Below are positions 1 through 12,709 of a stretch of 64,000 nucleotides of DNA, one piece after another. The stretch lies in contig CM120640.1 of the NCBI GenBank assembly GCA_051362555.1, forward strand, positions 45,362,788-45,426,787, given 5' to 3'. Below the pieces are notes generated by a model that searched no databases, was not told the DNA's origin, and worked only from the letters and a program-made list of their open reading frames with translations. The position numbers and the translations under genes were made by a program. The stretch is from Lingula anatina. Lineage: Eukaryota; Animalia; Brachiopoda. How positions within the stretch are numbered: the first letter of the stretch is position 1; every line of letters starts with the position of its first letter.

Positions 1-2392
1 AGGGACAAACTGCTGGCCCAAATCACAAGAGAAACGACCAGTGTACTGAGAGAGGATGGACATGGGATGCTTCAAGCCAATACTGCGAGAAAAATAATGG
101 AATTCTTGCCAAGATTGAGGACCTGCCCACAATGGAAAAGATTAGAAGCAGGATTCAATCAGATAAGTCAAGATACGAGGGGAATTATTGGATTGGTGGC
201 TGGTGGGATAGGGATGCTCCACGTATGTGGAAATGGGTTGGAGGTACATTTCATCTTTACGTTCAATATATCCATAAAATAGTAACGACTATGAGAAAAA
301 TACTGTCAAAGACCAACAAAAAATTGATCTTTCACTCGAGTTTTGTACCTTTGTTTAATAACTGTCTGCTTCTAAGTGTTTTATTAACACGGTTAACAGA
401 AAATCTTATGAAAATGTCTCACTGGTATGTTCGGTATATCTGTTTTACGCAAAAATCATTATTCAAACGTAGACACGATATCCATATTTACCCACAGGCG
501 GCAACGTGTCATACACCAATTGGAAGTCAGGTGAACCAAACGAAAACAGTGACTTAAAAATGGTTTGCATGGAGATGTGGACGTCGCACCACAAAGATAA
601 CATTAGCGAATGGAATGATGAAAATTGCAAAAATACCTACCCTTACATATGCCAGTTTGGTAAGTTGCAATGTGTATTGTTGATACTTAAAAAAAGCGGT
701 GTTACATAAACTCTTATGCCAAAGTAAATATTATTTTCAAACCATATTCAAACTCTTTTTTTGAAAATATTCATAGCGCTAAAAACCTTCTTAGTTTTGT
801 TTCAGTAAAAATGAATTTTGAAATTTGTTTTTTATTTTTATTTTTTCAGATATAACCACACACACTAGTCCTTCAACAGGTTCAATCGATAGTATAGTGA
901 CCACACCGTCCACTTCCACAATAGGTATGGTGCCTACCCTCTTGGCTACCATGCCGTCTAATGCAACAGCTTCGACCTTTGTGTCAAACAGCATCGACAT
1001 ATCCAACCCAACAACGGCAATGGCGCCAGACATAAAACCATTAGAGAAAATCACTGAATCAACCAGCCTACCCACCGATGTAGTGAATTTTGGGACTCCA
1101 GCCTCAGAGAGTGTAATGGCGTTTAAACATACCACAACTGTAAGAAGTGAAGACGTCAATCATCCCATTACCAAGGGTGCGGCGACGGTGACACGTTCAG
1201 ACCCCTTCATCAGTGACATGAACAAAACGCCAGATTTTGCCGGTCTTTTGCCAAACAACCATTCGAAGAACACAAGAGTGTCATCTGCAGCAGTAGCTCC
1301 TCCGTACAAAACCGATGCTGTGTCTTGGACTTCAGCTCGACTTCCTCACACAACCGAGAAAGAGACAGATGCAGAGGAGGCAAATTTGCCGAAAAAGTCC
1401 TTACCGTCTACCACCTTATCTTTGGCCCAAACTTCTAAGATGCTCCTGGTCGAGAGGAATACAAAAGTTCCAAGATTAGAGCTTTCTGCAGAATTCACCA
1501 CTGCTGCCCCATCAGGCGAAAAGGGAAGATATAAAAATAGGAGTGACAATGGTATGGTTCTTGAAATAAATAGGCCTACTTGTACACTTTAATATTAAAG
1601 TCATTCAAAAATTAAATTCCGGTACGTATGGCATTCCAACACTCATCTACTCAGTTAGGCAAATAAGGCATTCTTTTTAACATTTAAAAAAGTTATTTTT
1701 ATGATATTTATTACATGTTATTTCTAATCGTATTCACACGACACACGCCAAGGGGGTGAGTTGACGAGTGGGTTTGGGTTTGTCACTCACAAAACATTAC
1801 AGCAGAAATAGTCACCTGCCCATCCTTCGGCCTACTTTTCAGGGACTGTTCCAAAAGAGGTTCCAGATTGGGTCATTGCTGTGAGCACTGTCGCCTCAGC
1901 CGCCGTAGCATGTGGTAGTTGTCTGCTGCTTGGCGCTCTTTACAAGAGGTACGCGGTGGGCAAATACAAACGCAAGTCAACACATTATTTGTGGCCATTT
2001 ATGTATGTTCTATGGTCATTGCGTGAAAATGAGATTAATAGATTCACAGTTTTACCTCCCATTGGACGTAATGCAAAAAATTATGACAAAATATCTCCTT
2101 CCAACGACCCTATAACAGCCGCCAATTTGTTAGGCCTGGTCTGTGTTATACATAATATATGTATCTTTGGGAAACGATGTGTTCCGTTTCAACCTAATGC
2201 GTAATTTTGTTTAAAATATCAGATAACACAGTTATTTTATGGCTTACCTTGCATCTTAAATGGATTATCTATTCTTCTTTGTGAATTAAAGTGTTTACAT
2301 TTACCATATTGATTCATTCCAGAAAGAGGAAGAAAAAGAAGATCAAACCAGATGAAAACGAAAGCAAACAAGAATGCATCGTTGTTCCTTAA
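1..2392 (+). CDS. Type I membrane C-type lectin with mucin-like stalk (5'-partial). Exons <1-243, 498-659, 850-1551, 1843-1948, 2323-2392
   Basis: Spliced translation gives a CTLD (TWDASSQYCEKNNGILAKI..YWIGG..WKWVG/YTNWKSGEPNE..CMEM..WNDENCKNTYPYICQ) with EPN and WND motifs. A ~230-aa Thr/Ser/Pro-rich stalk follows, then TM WVIAVSTVASAAVACGSCLLLGALY and basic tail KRKRKKKKIKPDENESKQECIVVP*. All junctions are GT-AG and phase-compatible. Confidence 0.85.
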
Positions 2393-4521
2393 TCTCCAAT
2401 CACAGGGTGCGCTTAAATTGTCTGTTACAAAATAATTGTACCGCAGATACTTAAATTTTGTATACTTCTTTGGAAGCCCCTGGTATCAGAGGGTAGTTTA
2501 TCTTCTTTTGACAAACATTTCGTGCCAAATTTCCCACATATGTTCTCGACTGGGGCTATGTAGGAGAGTATTTGGAGAAAAATTTAAAAGATAAACACCC
2601 CTTTCAGTCATAACATGTTTTATTTGCAGTGATTTGCCGAGTTCGAAGTAGATATAATGTCAGAATACACTTCACTACAAGACATCTGTTCATCAGAAAC
2701 ATACTAATTATGCAGAGACGAAAACTTTCAGGAGACTTTCATACAAAAGATACTATATTATTAAACATTTAAAACAGAAAAAGAAAAAGAAATCCTATGA
2801 TTAAATCAAATCTGTATTTAACAAGCAATTGTTTCGTCAATCCTTTAGTAGTCTTTTTCAATGCAAACGTATTATATAATTTATATCATTACGTATCATT
2901 GTAAATATTATTGTTACTTTCCTTATTTTCTATAGACTTATATGTTTGCGCTTGTGGTGTATTTGTTAGGTTATAGTCATTTTGAAAATGTACATGTACC
3001 AACATAATTAATTGTAGTCGACTTAATTTATATTTGCAGTGATCAAGCTATAGCCCCTTATTTTTACTCTAACTGAAAGGATAATGAAATTAGGTGAAAA
3101 AACACGCTTTAAATGGGTAGACGTAAATTGTTAACATTTAAGCCGTCTAAGGTCGTTTGCAAAAAGTAATTATGGCAAAAATCTCACACGCCACTTAAAA
3201 CGATTTTCGGGATAAAGCGACACATAAACAACTGACAAGCGGGCTATGATAAGCGGGTTACAAAGAATAATGAACACATACTGTATTAACAGGAGCAGGG
3301 CACGATGTTAGGTAAGCATCAGAGTAAACTGTGTCAAAACAGATTTTCAAAGCATGTCGTCTATCATGGAATTGTGCTGTAGTTTAATCAACAAAACTAT
3401 CACAAGGTCTACGTAATAAACACACTATATTTACTCATGCAATTAAGCAGTTATATGAAAATGGCAATGAGAAAGTTATAGGAAAAAGCATAAAATACTT
3501 CGTTCCTTAATCGTAAAACAGCAATTAGGGGGAAATGCTTGAAAAGAAAAGTAATTATTGTTTTAGAAAGTATTCGTGATGAGTTGCATGGGTGTTATTA
3601 CTGTCGCCAACAGTACTTACCCTAATTTCTTATTCAAAACAGTGCTAAATGCATTGTGTTACAGCCTGGTAAACATTGTGTTACGTAAAAATATAGCGAT
3701 CTTATCCAACAAACACTTGGATTATAAAATATACTATTTCTACTCTCCATTCAGTTTGACAAGGGTCTCGTTCTTTTATTTCCTTCAAATACAGCCACCT
3801 TCGTGTAATGGTCAAACTCAAATAAAGTGCTGGATACAGGGAGGTTCAAAAGCCTAGAATAGAGTTTACATAAGGATAATCAGAGATTGGTCTTTTGTTC
3901 TCTTATCACAGTCAACCATACCTTAAAAGCATCGGGGAAACGCGGCATTGTGCTTCGAATTTACTATCGATCTTAGAAATCGATATACACCTATCACGAC
4001 GCACATGGTGATGTGTAGGTTACATTTACGTCTCAGTTCAACTCAGAACTTTTTAACGAATCCAATCTAATAGGTCTAGGTATTTGTGAACAAGTTACAA
4101 TAACATGTTTACCAGACTTTTGTTGATCAAGAAATAAAGTTGCCGACGGTAGGGATAACTTCCTGAGCGTGTTCGATTTTTAAAACAAAGTCTTTTGTAT
4201 TTGCACGTGCGAATAAAAAGAGTGGCAAACTGTTTGTTGTCATAAATTCAGTAAGTCTTACAGTGTATCATGAAAAGGCTCCACTCATGACAGCGTTTTG
4301 ATGTCTAAATACTGTCAATTGAAAAAAATTGTCGCGTTGTCTGAGAAAAGACACTAATGGGAAATTTTTGGAATTAATCTCAAGTCTTACCTGTAATGCT
4401 GCTTCATTAAATCGATACATTAAAAATGTACTTGTTCATACAAAAATCTGACTTTTTCCTCAACATTTCTAACTATATCGTTTTATTTATGCAAGGTTCT
4501 GCAGGATCCCAATGGCAATTC

Positions 4522-4939
4522 TTAGGACACATAAAGTTTTCCAATAAGGTCAGAATCGAGATATTGTTCGAAAATTTTCAGATCACTGTAAGACGCATTT
4601 CCAAAGTTTGTAAGTGCATCATGTGGTCTGTTAATGCATGGTTGCACACTTGCCGAAACAGCGTTGCTTTGTGGACTTGAGGATCCTTGGTCCACGATTT
4701 GACCATTGACATAGAGGTCCAACTGTCCTGTCGGGTTCCACGCGAATGCAATATGGATCCAGTCACAGTGCGAAGGCTGGCCGCCTGAACAGCCAGGAAC
4801 GCTGTATTGGGTGTAGTTTACAGAGGCTGTGTACCCACTCTGAGAGTCTTTCAGGATAGCGCCAATGACGTATCTAAAACAACATGGACAATTATTATTC
4901 CTTTGTTTTTTATCTTCAGATTTTAATTACTTTATGGAG

Positions 4940-4996
<57 letters not shown>

Positions 4997-6739
4997 ACTT
5001 ACATTTTGGACACTATAAGCTCCACATACACAGCTACACCCCTTGTTCCCGCAGTCTGTGCGCCAGAACTTAAAAGATACCACTTCGATGATTCTGACAT
5101 GTCTTCCCAACTTACCTAGTAATAGTGATAAATGTGACTCAGTTTTCAAAGGCAAACAATGGGTTTTGAATCAAAGGCAAGAATGTCTTCATTTGGCTCT
5201 TTGTAAAACGAATAAATATTTATATTATAAATAAATGAATAATTAATAATTAGTATAAATAATATCTAAGACACTTTTGTTAATGAATATTCATTTTTCG
5301 ATTCAATGCTTGAACCTTCTTTTTCAAGTTACCTGATTATACAATACATAGCATACAACAAACCTGGGTCCAAAAGCCGACTGTTAATCCGTTGGTGCAT
5401 TGGTCAGTGTCTAACAGACATCGACCAGAAAAATCACCAAGCGAGATATAGTGATAATTCCCGACCCCATCAGTGCTAATAGCACATACTGAATTCCCCG
5501 TCACAACGTGTGTACGCTGAGTTAAAGGATAGACCCCAATTTCAGTAGTTGCATTTCGATCTCCTATGTTCGCGTACACCACTTTGGTACTGCACGAACT
5601 GGACCCAGTCCCCACTGTGCAAATGTCAGTGACTGAACATTTTCCAGTTAAGTCCCAGTAATAATCAGGAGCTAGGTAAAAAAAAGATAAAATACACACT
5701 TGAAGTCGCCTATCATTGGCGCTTATTATTTGAATTGTATTTTTATAATGAAGCAGATCCAGATACTATTACTGCTTTCAATTTACTCTTTTTCACCAAA
5801 GTGGATTATCTTATTACATTAAACACTGGCTAGCTACCATTTTCTTTTATTTCTTTTATTTATTTATTTTTTTCTGGTGTTGTCTTTACAAAAGTTGTTA
5901 AATTTAGAAAAGGTCTGTGGCCAACAACAGATACAAAATAAAACACATTTAACTGCCATTTTTGTAGAAGAAACGTTTTCATTTCATGTACTTAAATGAT
6001 AAGATAAGACCGTGATTAAAAACATGTTACAGAGTCGGAATATTTCGAATATTTACAACAACTACACAATAACAATAGCACACTGAATACTCACACGGTA
6101 GAACCGCGTTACTCGTCCCTTCATTTTGATTTGACGTGTCCACCTAAAATTGAAGAAACTGTCATCTTAATAGTCTTCCTTTGAATAAAAGTTGTTTAAA
6201 AGGTAATGTAAACTTATAGTTTTGTACACTGGGGATTCAACACATCAGTCTGCATTACTCCAAACCTTTACAATTACCGAGAATACTCAAAAGTAAAAGT
6301 TATTATTCAAAATTTCACGATTTTTAAAATCTTCGAATAACCTTTATAATAATTCTGGTGTAATAAACGATAAATGTTTATTTTGAACAAAGCATTTTTT
6401 TTCGCTCGTCCTTACCGTCTGAAAAATATCACATCCATCTGAACTTTCTACGTTTGCGGTGACAGCTGACCTATTCTCCAACCTACAGGAGGCACTGAAA
6501 TCCAAGGCTGCGCTGCAATAACTGAAAGCAATGCATCCCGATATTTTCATGCAACGAACACCACACTCAATTTGTGAAGAAACAGAAATGTAACCAAGGC
6601 TTTCGTTATAAAAACGAACATTAGGCGTTTCAAACTTCCCGAACCGCATTTGGTTTTGACTCTGTTCACCATACACCGTCCCAAATTGCCAAAGCGACAT
6701 AATGACAAAAGGCATCAATGGCAACGAAGCAGATATCAT
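4522..6739 (-). CDS. Secreted PAN/Apple + pentraxin/LamG-like (ConA-like) protein, copy A. Exons 6739-6416, 6143-6095, 5671-5364, 5115-5003, 4873-4522
   Basis: Hydrophobic signal peptide, then PAN-type Cys pattern (SQIECGVRCMKISGCIAFSY..CRL..GC). LamG/pentraxin-like segment: PDYYWDL..YISLGDFSGRCLLDTDQCTNGLTVGFW..YLLSSGAQ..WIHIAFAWNPTGQLDLYVNG. Exon phases 0/1/0/2 join into one ORF. Confidence 0.8.
4942..4995. repeat. Compound (CT)n(CA)n microsatellite in the last intron of copy A
   Basis: Directly visible. A (CT)n tract lies in the equivalent intron of copy B (~10783-10802). Confidence 0.95.
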
Positions 6740-8739
6740 GCTTGATAAATGATGTAGTTATAAACCAATGTTACTTCTGAATACCCAGAAAAATTGCTTC
6801 ACCATATAACATAGTCAAAGCCCAAAAGGGGGCGTTGCGAAAGACCAGCAGGGACTGTAATTATCGACCTGTAGTTGAAGAAGTAGGGCCGTAGACTTTT
6901 GAGCTTATACTTTTCTGTGACAACACCGATTATTCTTCTGTATCGCGTTTGCTATATTTGCTTTTAAATTTCCACTTACTCTCACATTTCATCCATTTCC
7001 TGCCTCTAAAACAAGTAATAAAAAGGGGGACAGAGCATTGTATTTCACTTTTTTGAGTAAATAATTGAATTGATGGAGACCATATAATATTAGTTTCATC
7101 TGTCTCATCGCTAAGTAAGTTTGTTATTTGGCTGCCTTGTGCTAATCAATCTTTTCCTGTTAACACATCACTTTATGCTTTTAAATAAAAAGACTCGATA
7201 TTTAAAAGTCAATATCTCGAAAAAAGCTTTGTATCCAAAGGGATAATAAAAATATACGAACAAAGCGCTTGACATTAAAATAATCTGGCTGTTGCCACAT
7301 TAATGAACACGGTCTCCAATAATTGCAAGTCTTACATTATGGTATTTGCCACTGATGAACTCTATATTCTGGTTTCAACTACTACCACTAATTAAACAAG
7401 AACAACAACAACAAACAAAAATTAGCAATAGATTTTTTAAATAAAGAAGCAAATTGAACACAACGCTCTCGTTGACCATGTAAGCCCCATTTCAAGCCAT
7501 TGGATGTGACAATGCACTCCCGTAGTTGTTCGGAAATTCAGTATTTGGTATCGACCTGTTTTATCAGGACGACACGTCTTTCTACGCCCACAAAGTTTAC
7601 ATCGCGTGTATGGAGTGAGGCTATACATGTATTGTGACTAAGGGCACAATTGCGTATATCTGATTCGCGATTAATTGCAAAGAGTAGCATGTTAACACGG
7701 AAAACATACCATGTATCAATAAAAGATAAAGGTATTACTAAATTGATTATGAAGGCTCTCTTCAAAGGGATTGACTGACCTACAATATAATTTCCCGAAT
7801 GATTTTTTTCTATTTGAAGTTCATATATAACTGTGCGATGAGCCATTGTTTCGTTTCTATTATTTTTTCTGAATGTCGATATACAACGTTTCTTTGATAA
7901 TTGCAAAGATAATTAACCGTCTTTATAAAAAAAAGCAATTGCTAATGTTTTAATCATTCTGACAATCTGTTAGAAATGGCAGATGTATTTCATTCTGCCT
8001 CTGTGTAAGCTGTCTTCTACATCACTGCCCAGACATTATGTACAATTGATATAAAAACTAATAAAATAATATAGTTGAACGTCAAATGCAGAGCTTTAAT
8101 TGAAAAAAAAATGTAGCTGTCTTGTGAAATATTTACAAATGTTATAGTGAGGAATGACGACAACAGTTTGGAGCTTTGGAACGTTTATTCACCGACTCAC
8201 TTTTTCACAGAATCTACAAGTATTTATACTCTATTTTCCCAAAGAATTTTCCATTCTCATATTACAAAACGCTATTTAATATTTCCTAATTAAGGAATTT
8301 CAGAGAGACTTGGTTATAATATAAAATATTTAAAATATTTTCCGGATTACTCATGCTTGGACCTTGTCCATCTCGAGTTTGCATGAGTTTTACACGCGTT
8401 AGAAACGTGCAAATCTATTGAAACCAATCAAATCCAACTATATGTGACTTTGAAATGTTCCATCCTTTCTTACTTCGAGAACAATATCTACACTTCACTA
8501 AGAATAAAACCGGAGTCCAAGTGACTCCAAACTTGGAGTCCAGCAGTGGTGCCTAAAATAACTCCCAATTGGAGTCAAGTTGACTACGATGGAGTAACGC
8601 CATCCCAGACCCCACAGGAGGGTCACAATTGACTCCATTCACACATCCCTTCATCCCTTGATTTATCTCTACAAAAGAGTCACCATGACCCCATATTAAG
8701 GAATTTTTGACTCCTTGGCTCATTATAAAAAAAGACATC

Positions 8740-8864
8740 AACAACGATGCCAAGCGGGGAGACAGCAGGTACCATGTATTACAGGCCGGTTTGTCCACGA
8801 TAGGGTTCGAACCCACGTCCTCCCGCTCCGAAGGCGGACAAACTAACCACAAGGCCATCCAGTC
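8740..8864 (-). mobile_element. tRNA-derived SINE head (tRNA-Arg(TCG)-like) plus short body fragment, nested in the 8496-9419 element
   Basis: 8864-8793 on the minus strand has A-box TGGCCTTGTGG, anticodon arm TCCGC-CTTCGGA-GCGGG and B-box GGTTCGAACCC, but the acceptor stem is badly mispaired. The following TGGTACCTGCTGTCTCCCCGCTTGGCA resembles, from memory, the Meta-SINE central domain. Confidence 0.65.
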
Positions 8865-8920
8865 GAATACGGTGTTAGCAGAGCAATAACAATTAGTTTG
8901 TAAATCTGGTAATAGACAGC

Positions 8921-8922
<2 letters not shown>

Positions 8923-8972
<50 letters not shown>
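8923..8972. repeat. (AT)n microsatellite
   Basis: Directly visible. Confidence 0.95.
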
Positions 8973-8975
<3 letters not shown>

Positions 8976-10322
8976 ATGAGTGAGCATACCTCCCCAGTAA
9001 CATGCATTGGCGGATCAAACCTACAATCTAGAAACAAAACCTGCTGACCTGTATACCAACATATCACATAAAGGGTGTGGGCAACTGAAAGCCCGGGCCA
9101 GTAATAAGTGCACGGGTTCTGTATGCAGAAACACACAGAAAACCACTTGTTCATGCATAAAAACCAACTATGGCCAATAAAGTAATGTTTAGACTGACAA
9201 AGGATGATGAAAACTGTTCTCTCCACGCCGTTTGACTCTGATTTTAGAGTCAGATTGACTCCATGAGAGCCAGGCGGTGATTGACTCTGATAAGAGAGTC
9301 TAAAGACTCTGGTAGTGGGGTAATTTGACCCTTATATAGGAGTCAAATTAACTCCATGAGGGTCAAGGGGTGCTAGACTCTGACTAGAGAGTCAAATGAC
9401 TCCCATTTTATTCTCAGTGTTGTTGACACTTAAAAGGAATTTAACTTCCACTCAATAACTCCCTATCCTTTTACACATTTGATTCTGTTTTAATTGTTAT
9501 TTGTAGTTATCGAAAGTGTAAGTCATCTGCTTTACAACATAAAGGGTAAGATGTCAAAGTATTTCACAATACTTCAAAGAATGAAGAATAAGTTATTATT
9601 ATTATTCCACACGATCGACACTTCCGGAAATCTAACCGAAAGGCCCTACTCAGTTTCATATGATCCACTTATGAAGCTCAAGTTGTCAAAAGTCTACTTT
9701 CGATCATCCAACATATTTACAAGTGTCATCCGTCCGTCCGTGTAATACAATAAAATTCAATTGCTTTGCAAGTTGCTCAAATATGTGGAATCCTGATTGC
9801 TATGAAGCAGATGACTAAGATGCTACCAAAGGCATTGCTCGATGAAGTTTATTGCTTATTGCAGTTGCGAAGTATTCCTAATGTCATTTTTACATTAGTA
9901 CATCTACAGCATTGGCGTATGAGCTGAAAAGGTTGGATTTTATTGGTTTACCCTCAGCCAAAAGCGAAGTAGCTTTAAAATCGTAGATTATGTTGAGTAA
10001 TAAGAAATTGTAACATTCTGTTGCTGCATTCCACAACTTTCACCTTGGGTATCGATTTTAGTTTGATACATAAAGATTTACTCGTCTAAATGTTAAAATA
10101 CCAATGCCATTGTCGAAAATGGCCAATTCAATATGTGAAAACGCTAATCGGTTTACTCATTCGAGACAATTTTCAAGGATACCAAATTCATGATATCAGC
10201 ACTGAAATTATTAAGAACCAGAAATATACATACATTGTACATGTATAAAGCATGTTCTAAATTTGTACTGGAACTAGCCAAATTATATGTAATAAACCTT
10301 CTGCACGTTTGCATATTCTCTA

Positions 10323-12709
10323 TCAACGCTCATACAATTCTCTAATCAGACTGGAATCCAGAAATTGTTCAAATATTTTCAGATCACTGTAAGCTGCATT
10401 ACCTAAGTTTGATTCTACATCATTTCGGCTGTTGATGCGTGGGTATACATATGGTGAGACCGCGTTGCTTTGTGGACTTGAGGATCCTTGGTCCACGACT
10501 TGACCATTGACATAGAGGTCCAACTGCCCAGTCGGGTTCCACGCGAAAGCAATATGGATCCAGTCACAGTACGAAGGCTGCCCGCTCCAACAGCCAGGAA
10601 CGCTGTATTGGGTGTAGTTCACAGAGGCTGTGTACCCACTCTGAGAGTCTTTCAGGATAGCGCCAATTCCGTATCTAAAACAACGTAGTATACTTTTTTT
10701 GTCGTTTACTATAAATTGAAGGAAGTGCATACAGTTTCGATTATACAAATATACTTATAGGACCAAGTAGGTCTTAGCATCTTCTCTCTCTCTCTCTCTC
10801 TCAACTTACGTAGATATTCCCTGAAGCTGCACATACACGGCTATACCAACTGTTCCTACAACTTGAGCGCCAGAACTAAGCAAATACCACGTTTCTGGGG
10901 ATACCATATCTTCCCACATTATCTGTTCATTTAAATTAGAGGAATTTAGCATCAGATGTGTTAAAAAAGCACGGCCTTGCTACTTTACAAGCATGTAAAT
11001 TAAAACACACAGCAAATAAGGCATAAATTCATTAACTATGTAAATATTTCAAAGAAAAGAATAAATGTATAATATTAATGACAACGATACTTTGCACTTA
11101 CATAATTTGTGATAGCTTCGAAATGCATACTGTAAAGGATATTTCACATACAGCTCACCTGGGTCCAAAACCCAACTGTTAGACCGTTGGTGCATAAATC
11201 GGTGTCCAATAGACAGCGGCCACTGAAATTTCCAAGTGAAATGTATTGCATGTCACTCCCGAGCATTTGTATAGCGCATATGAAATCCCCTGTTGAGTTA
11301 TCTATACGTTCAGTCAAGTAGTATATCTCCGTAGAAGGGTTAGTCTCTGCATGGCGATCGCCTATGTTTGCATACACCACGCTGGTATTGCATGCCTGGG
11401 GCTCTTCATTCAACGTACAGTTATCCGTCACAGCACATTTCCCGGTCAAGTCCCAGTAATAATCGGGGGCTGTAAAATGTAATTTTCATCAAATTCAGAA
11501 ATATGGGATTTTGATAATACAAAAGTGAAAAACTTTCTTAATTTTCATTATTTTAGGTAAAGATCTGATAAGATGTTGTCTTAAGGCTGAAAACGGGGTG
11601 TGTCTCTGAGAAAGATTTAGACAAAAAGATTTAGACAAAAGTAGACAAAATTCATTCGAACCTCCACCCCAAGAAAGATTGAATTTTCGTAATATTATTT
11701 TACAGAATGTGTCTAGGATTTTATAATGCCAGATCCGTTTCAGACAACAAGCCTTTCAGTATACTAGCCATTAAAGTGGTAGTTTTGTAAATTGGGATAT
11801 CTTTGATAATTGAACTTCTGTTGATGCCAAAGTGGGCTAACGAACTATGCTATCTAAACGCGGGTATGTGTAGTGGGCTCTTAGTTTTAAGGGTATAATA
11901 ATCAGGCTAAGAAAAACCTATATCTCATTAAGTAACCGTTATCTAATACTATAATATGATGTGAAATGAATTGCAGGGTCCGTTAAGATAAAAAACGTTT
12001 GTGGCAGCCCCGTCTTCATCCTTAAGACGATCCTATATTTAGTTTATTAAAAAAACATTAAAGAGTCATAAATACTTTGATATAAAAAAAAGAATCTTAC
12101 ATGGTAGATCTGTGTCTGTCACCCCTCCTTTCTGATTTAACGCATCCAACTGTAAGACAAACTATCAATTAAAAAGTTTTTGAATCAACCAAACCAAATT
12201 GCTGATATTTATCATAAAATCAAGTTTTTAAAGGTAGGTTATCAAACATATTTTCTTTATATTACCTTGCGGAAATCACAGTTCACCTCTTAAGATTAAC
12301 TTATCAAACTCTAAAACAGAAAACTATTCATGCAACTTTGAAAAAAATAGCATTTTTCTTGTTTACATGTTGTCCCTACCGACACAAAAATGCTGCATCC
12401 CTCTGAATCTTCCATGTTGTCGGAAGTAGACGTCCGATTTTCCAATCTACACATTGTACTGAAGTTGGAAGAAACACGACAGAAACTAAAAGCAACGCAT
12501 CCCGCTGTCTGCAAACATTGCATACTACACTCAAGCTGTGACGGAACAAAAATGGAGCCAATGTTGCCCTCAGAGAAACGCACATCAGGTGTTTCCAACT
12601 TCTCAAAAAACATTTGTTTTTCTCTCTGTGCCCATGTTACATTTCCAGACTGCCAAAGTGAAAATGCTAGTATGGCAGGGGTAATTGCTGACAACAGGGA
12701 ACTTTTCAT
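10323..12709 (-). CDS. Secreted PAN/Apple + pentraxin/LamG-like protein, copy B. Exons 12709-12380, 12149-12101, 11469-11159, 10922-10810, 10674-10323
   Basis: Same five-exon structure as copy A, with 49-nt and 113-nt exons of identical length. Same motifs: SQLECSMQCLQTAGCVAFSF, YISLGNFSGRCLLDTDLCTNGLTVGFW, WIHIAFAWNPTGQLDLYVNG. Confidence 0.8.
11585..12021. mobile_element. TTAA-flanked MITE (Kolobok-like) in intron 2 of copy B
   Basis: TTAA|GGCTGAAAACGGGG ... CCCCGTCTTCATCC|TTAA: 14-bp TIR with 2 mismatches, GG termini, TTAA TSD. No such termini are seen in copy A intron 2. Confidence 0.65.

Larger units (their letters stand above)
8496..9419. mobile_element. Non-autonomous CACTA/EnSpm-like DNA element with subterminal palindromic repeats
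   Basis: Left end CACTAAGAATAAAACCGGAGTC; right end reverse complement CACTGAGAATAAAATGGGAGTC. Flanked by TT on both sides (2-bp TSD). Many GAGTC-N4-6-GACTC motifs near both ends. Superfamily inferred from the termini. Confidence 0.7.

Noticed and set aside
791-1159. 122-aa minus-strand ORF with a signal-peptide-like start
   Set aside because: Antisense shadow of the Thr/Ser-rich lectin stalk exon.
8793-8864. Functional tRNA-Arg(TCG)
   Set aside because: The acceptor stem has several mispairs, the D-arm is weak, and the sequence continues into SINE-like body.
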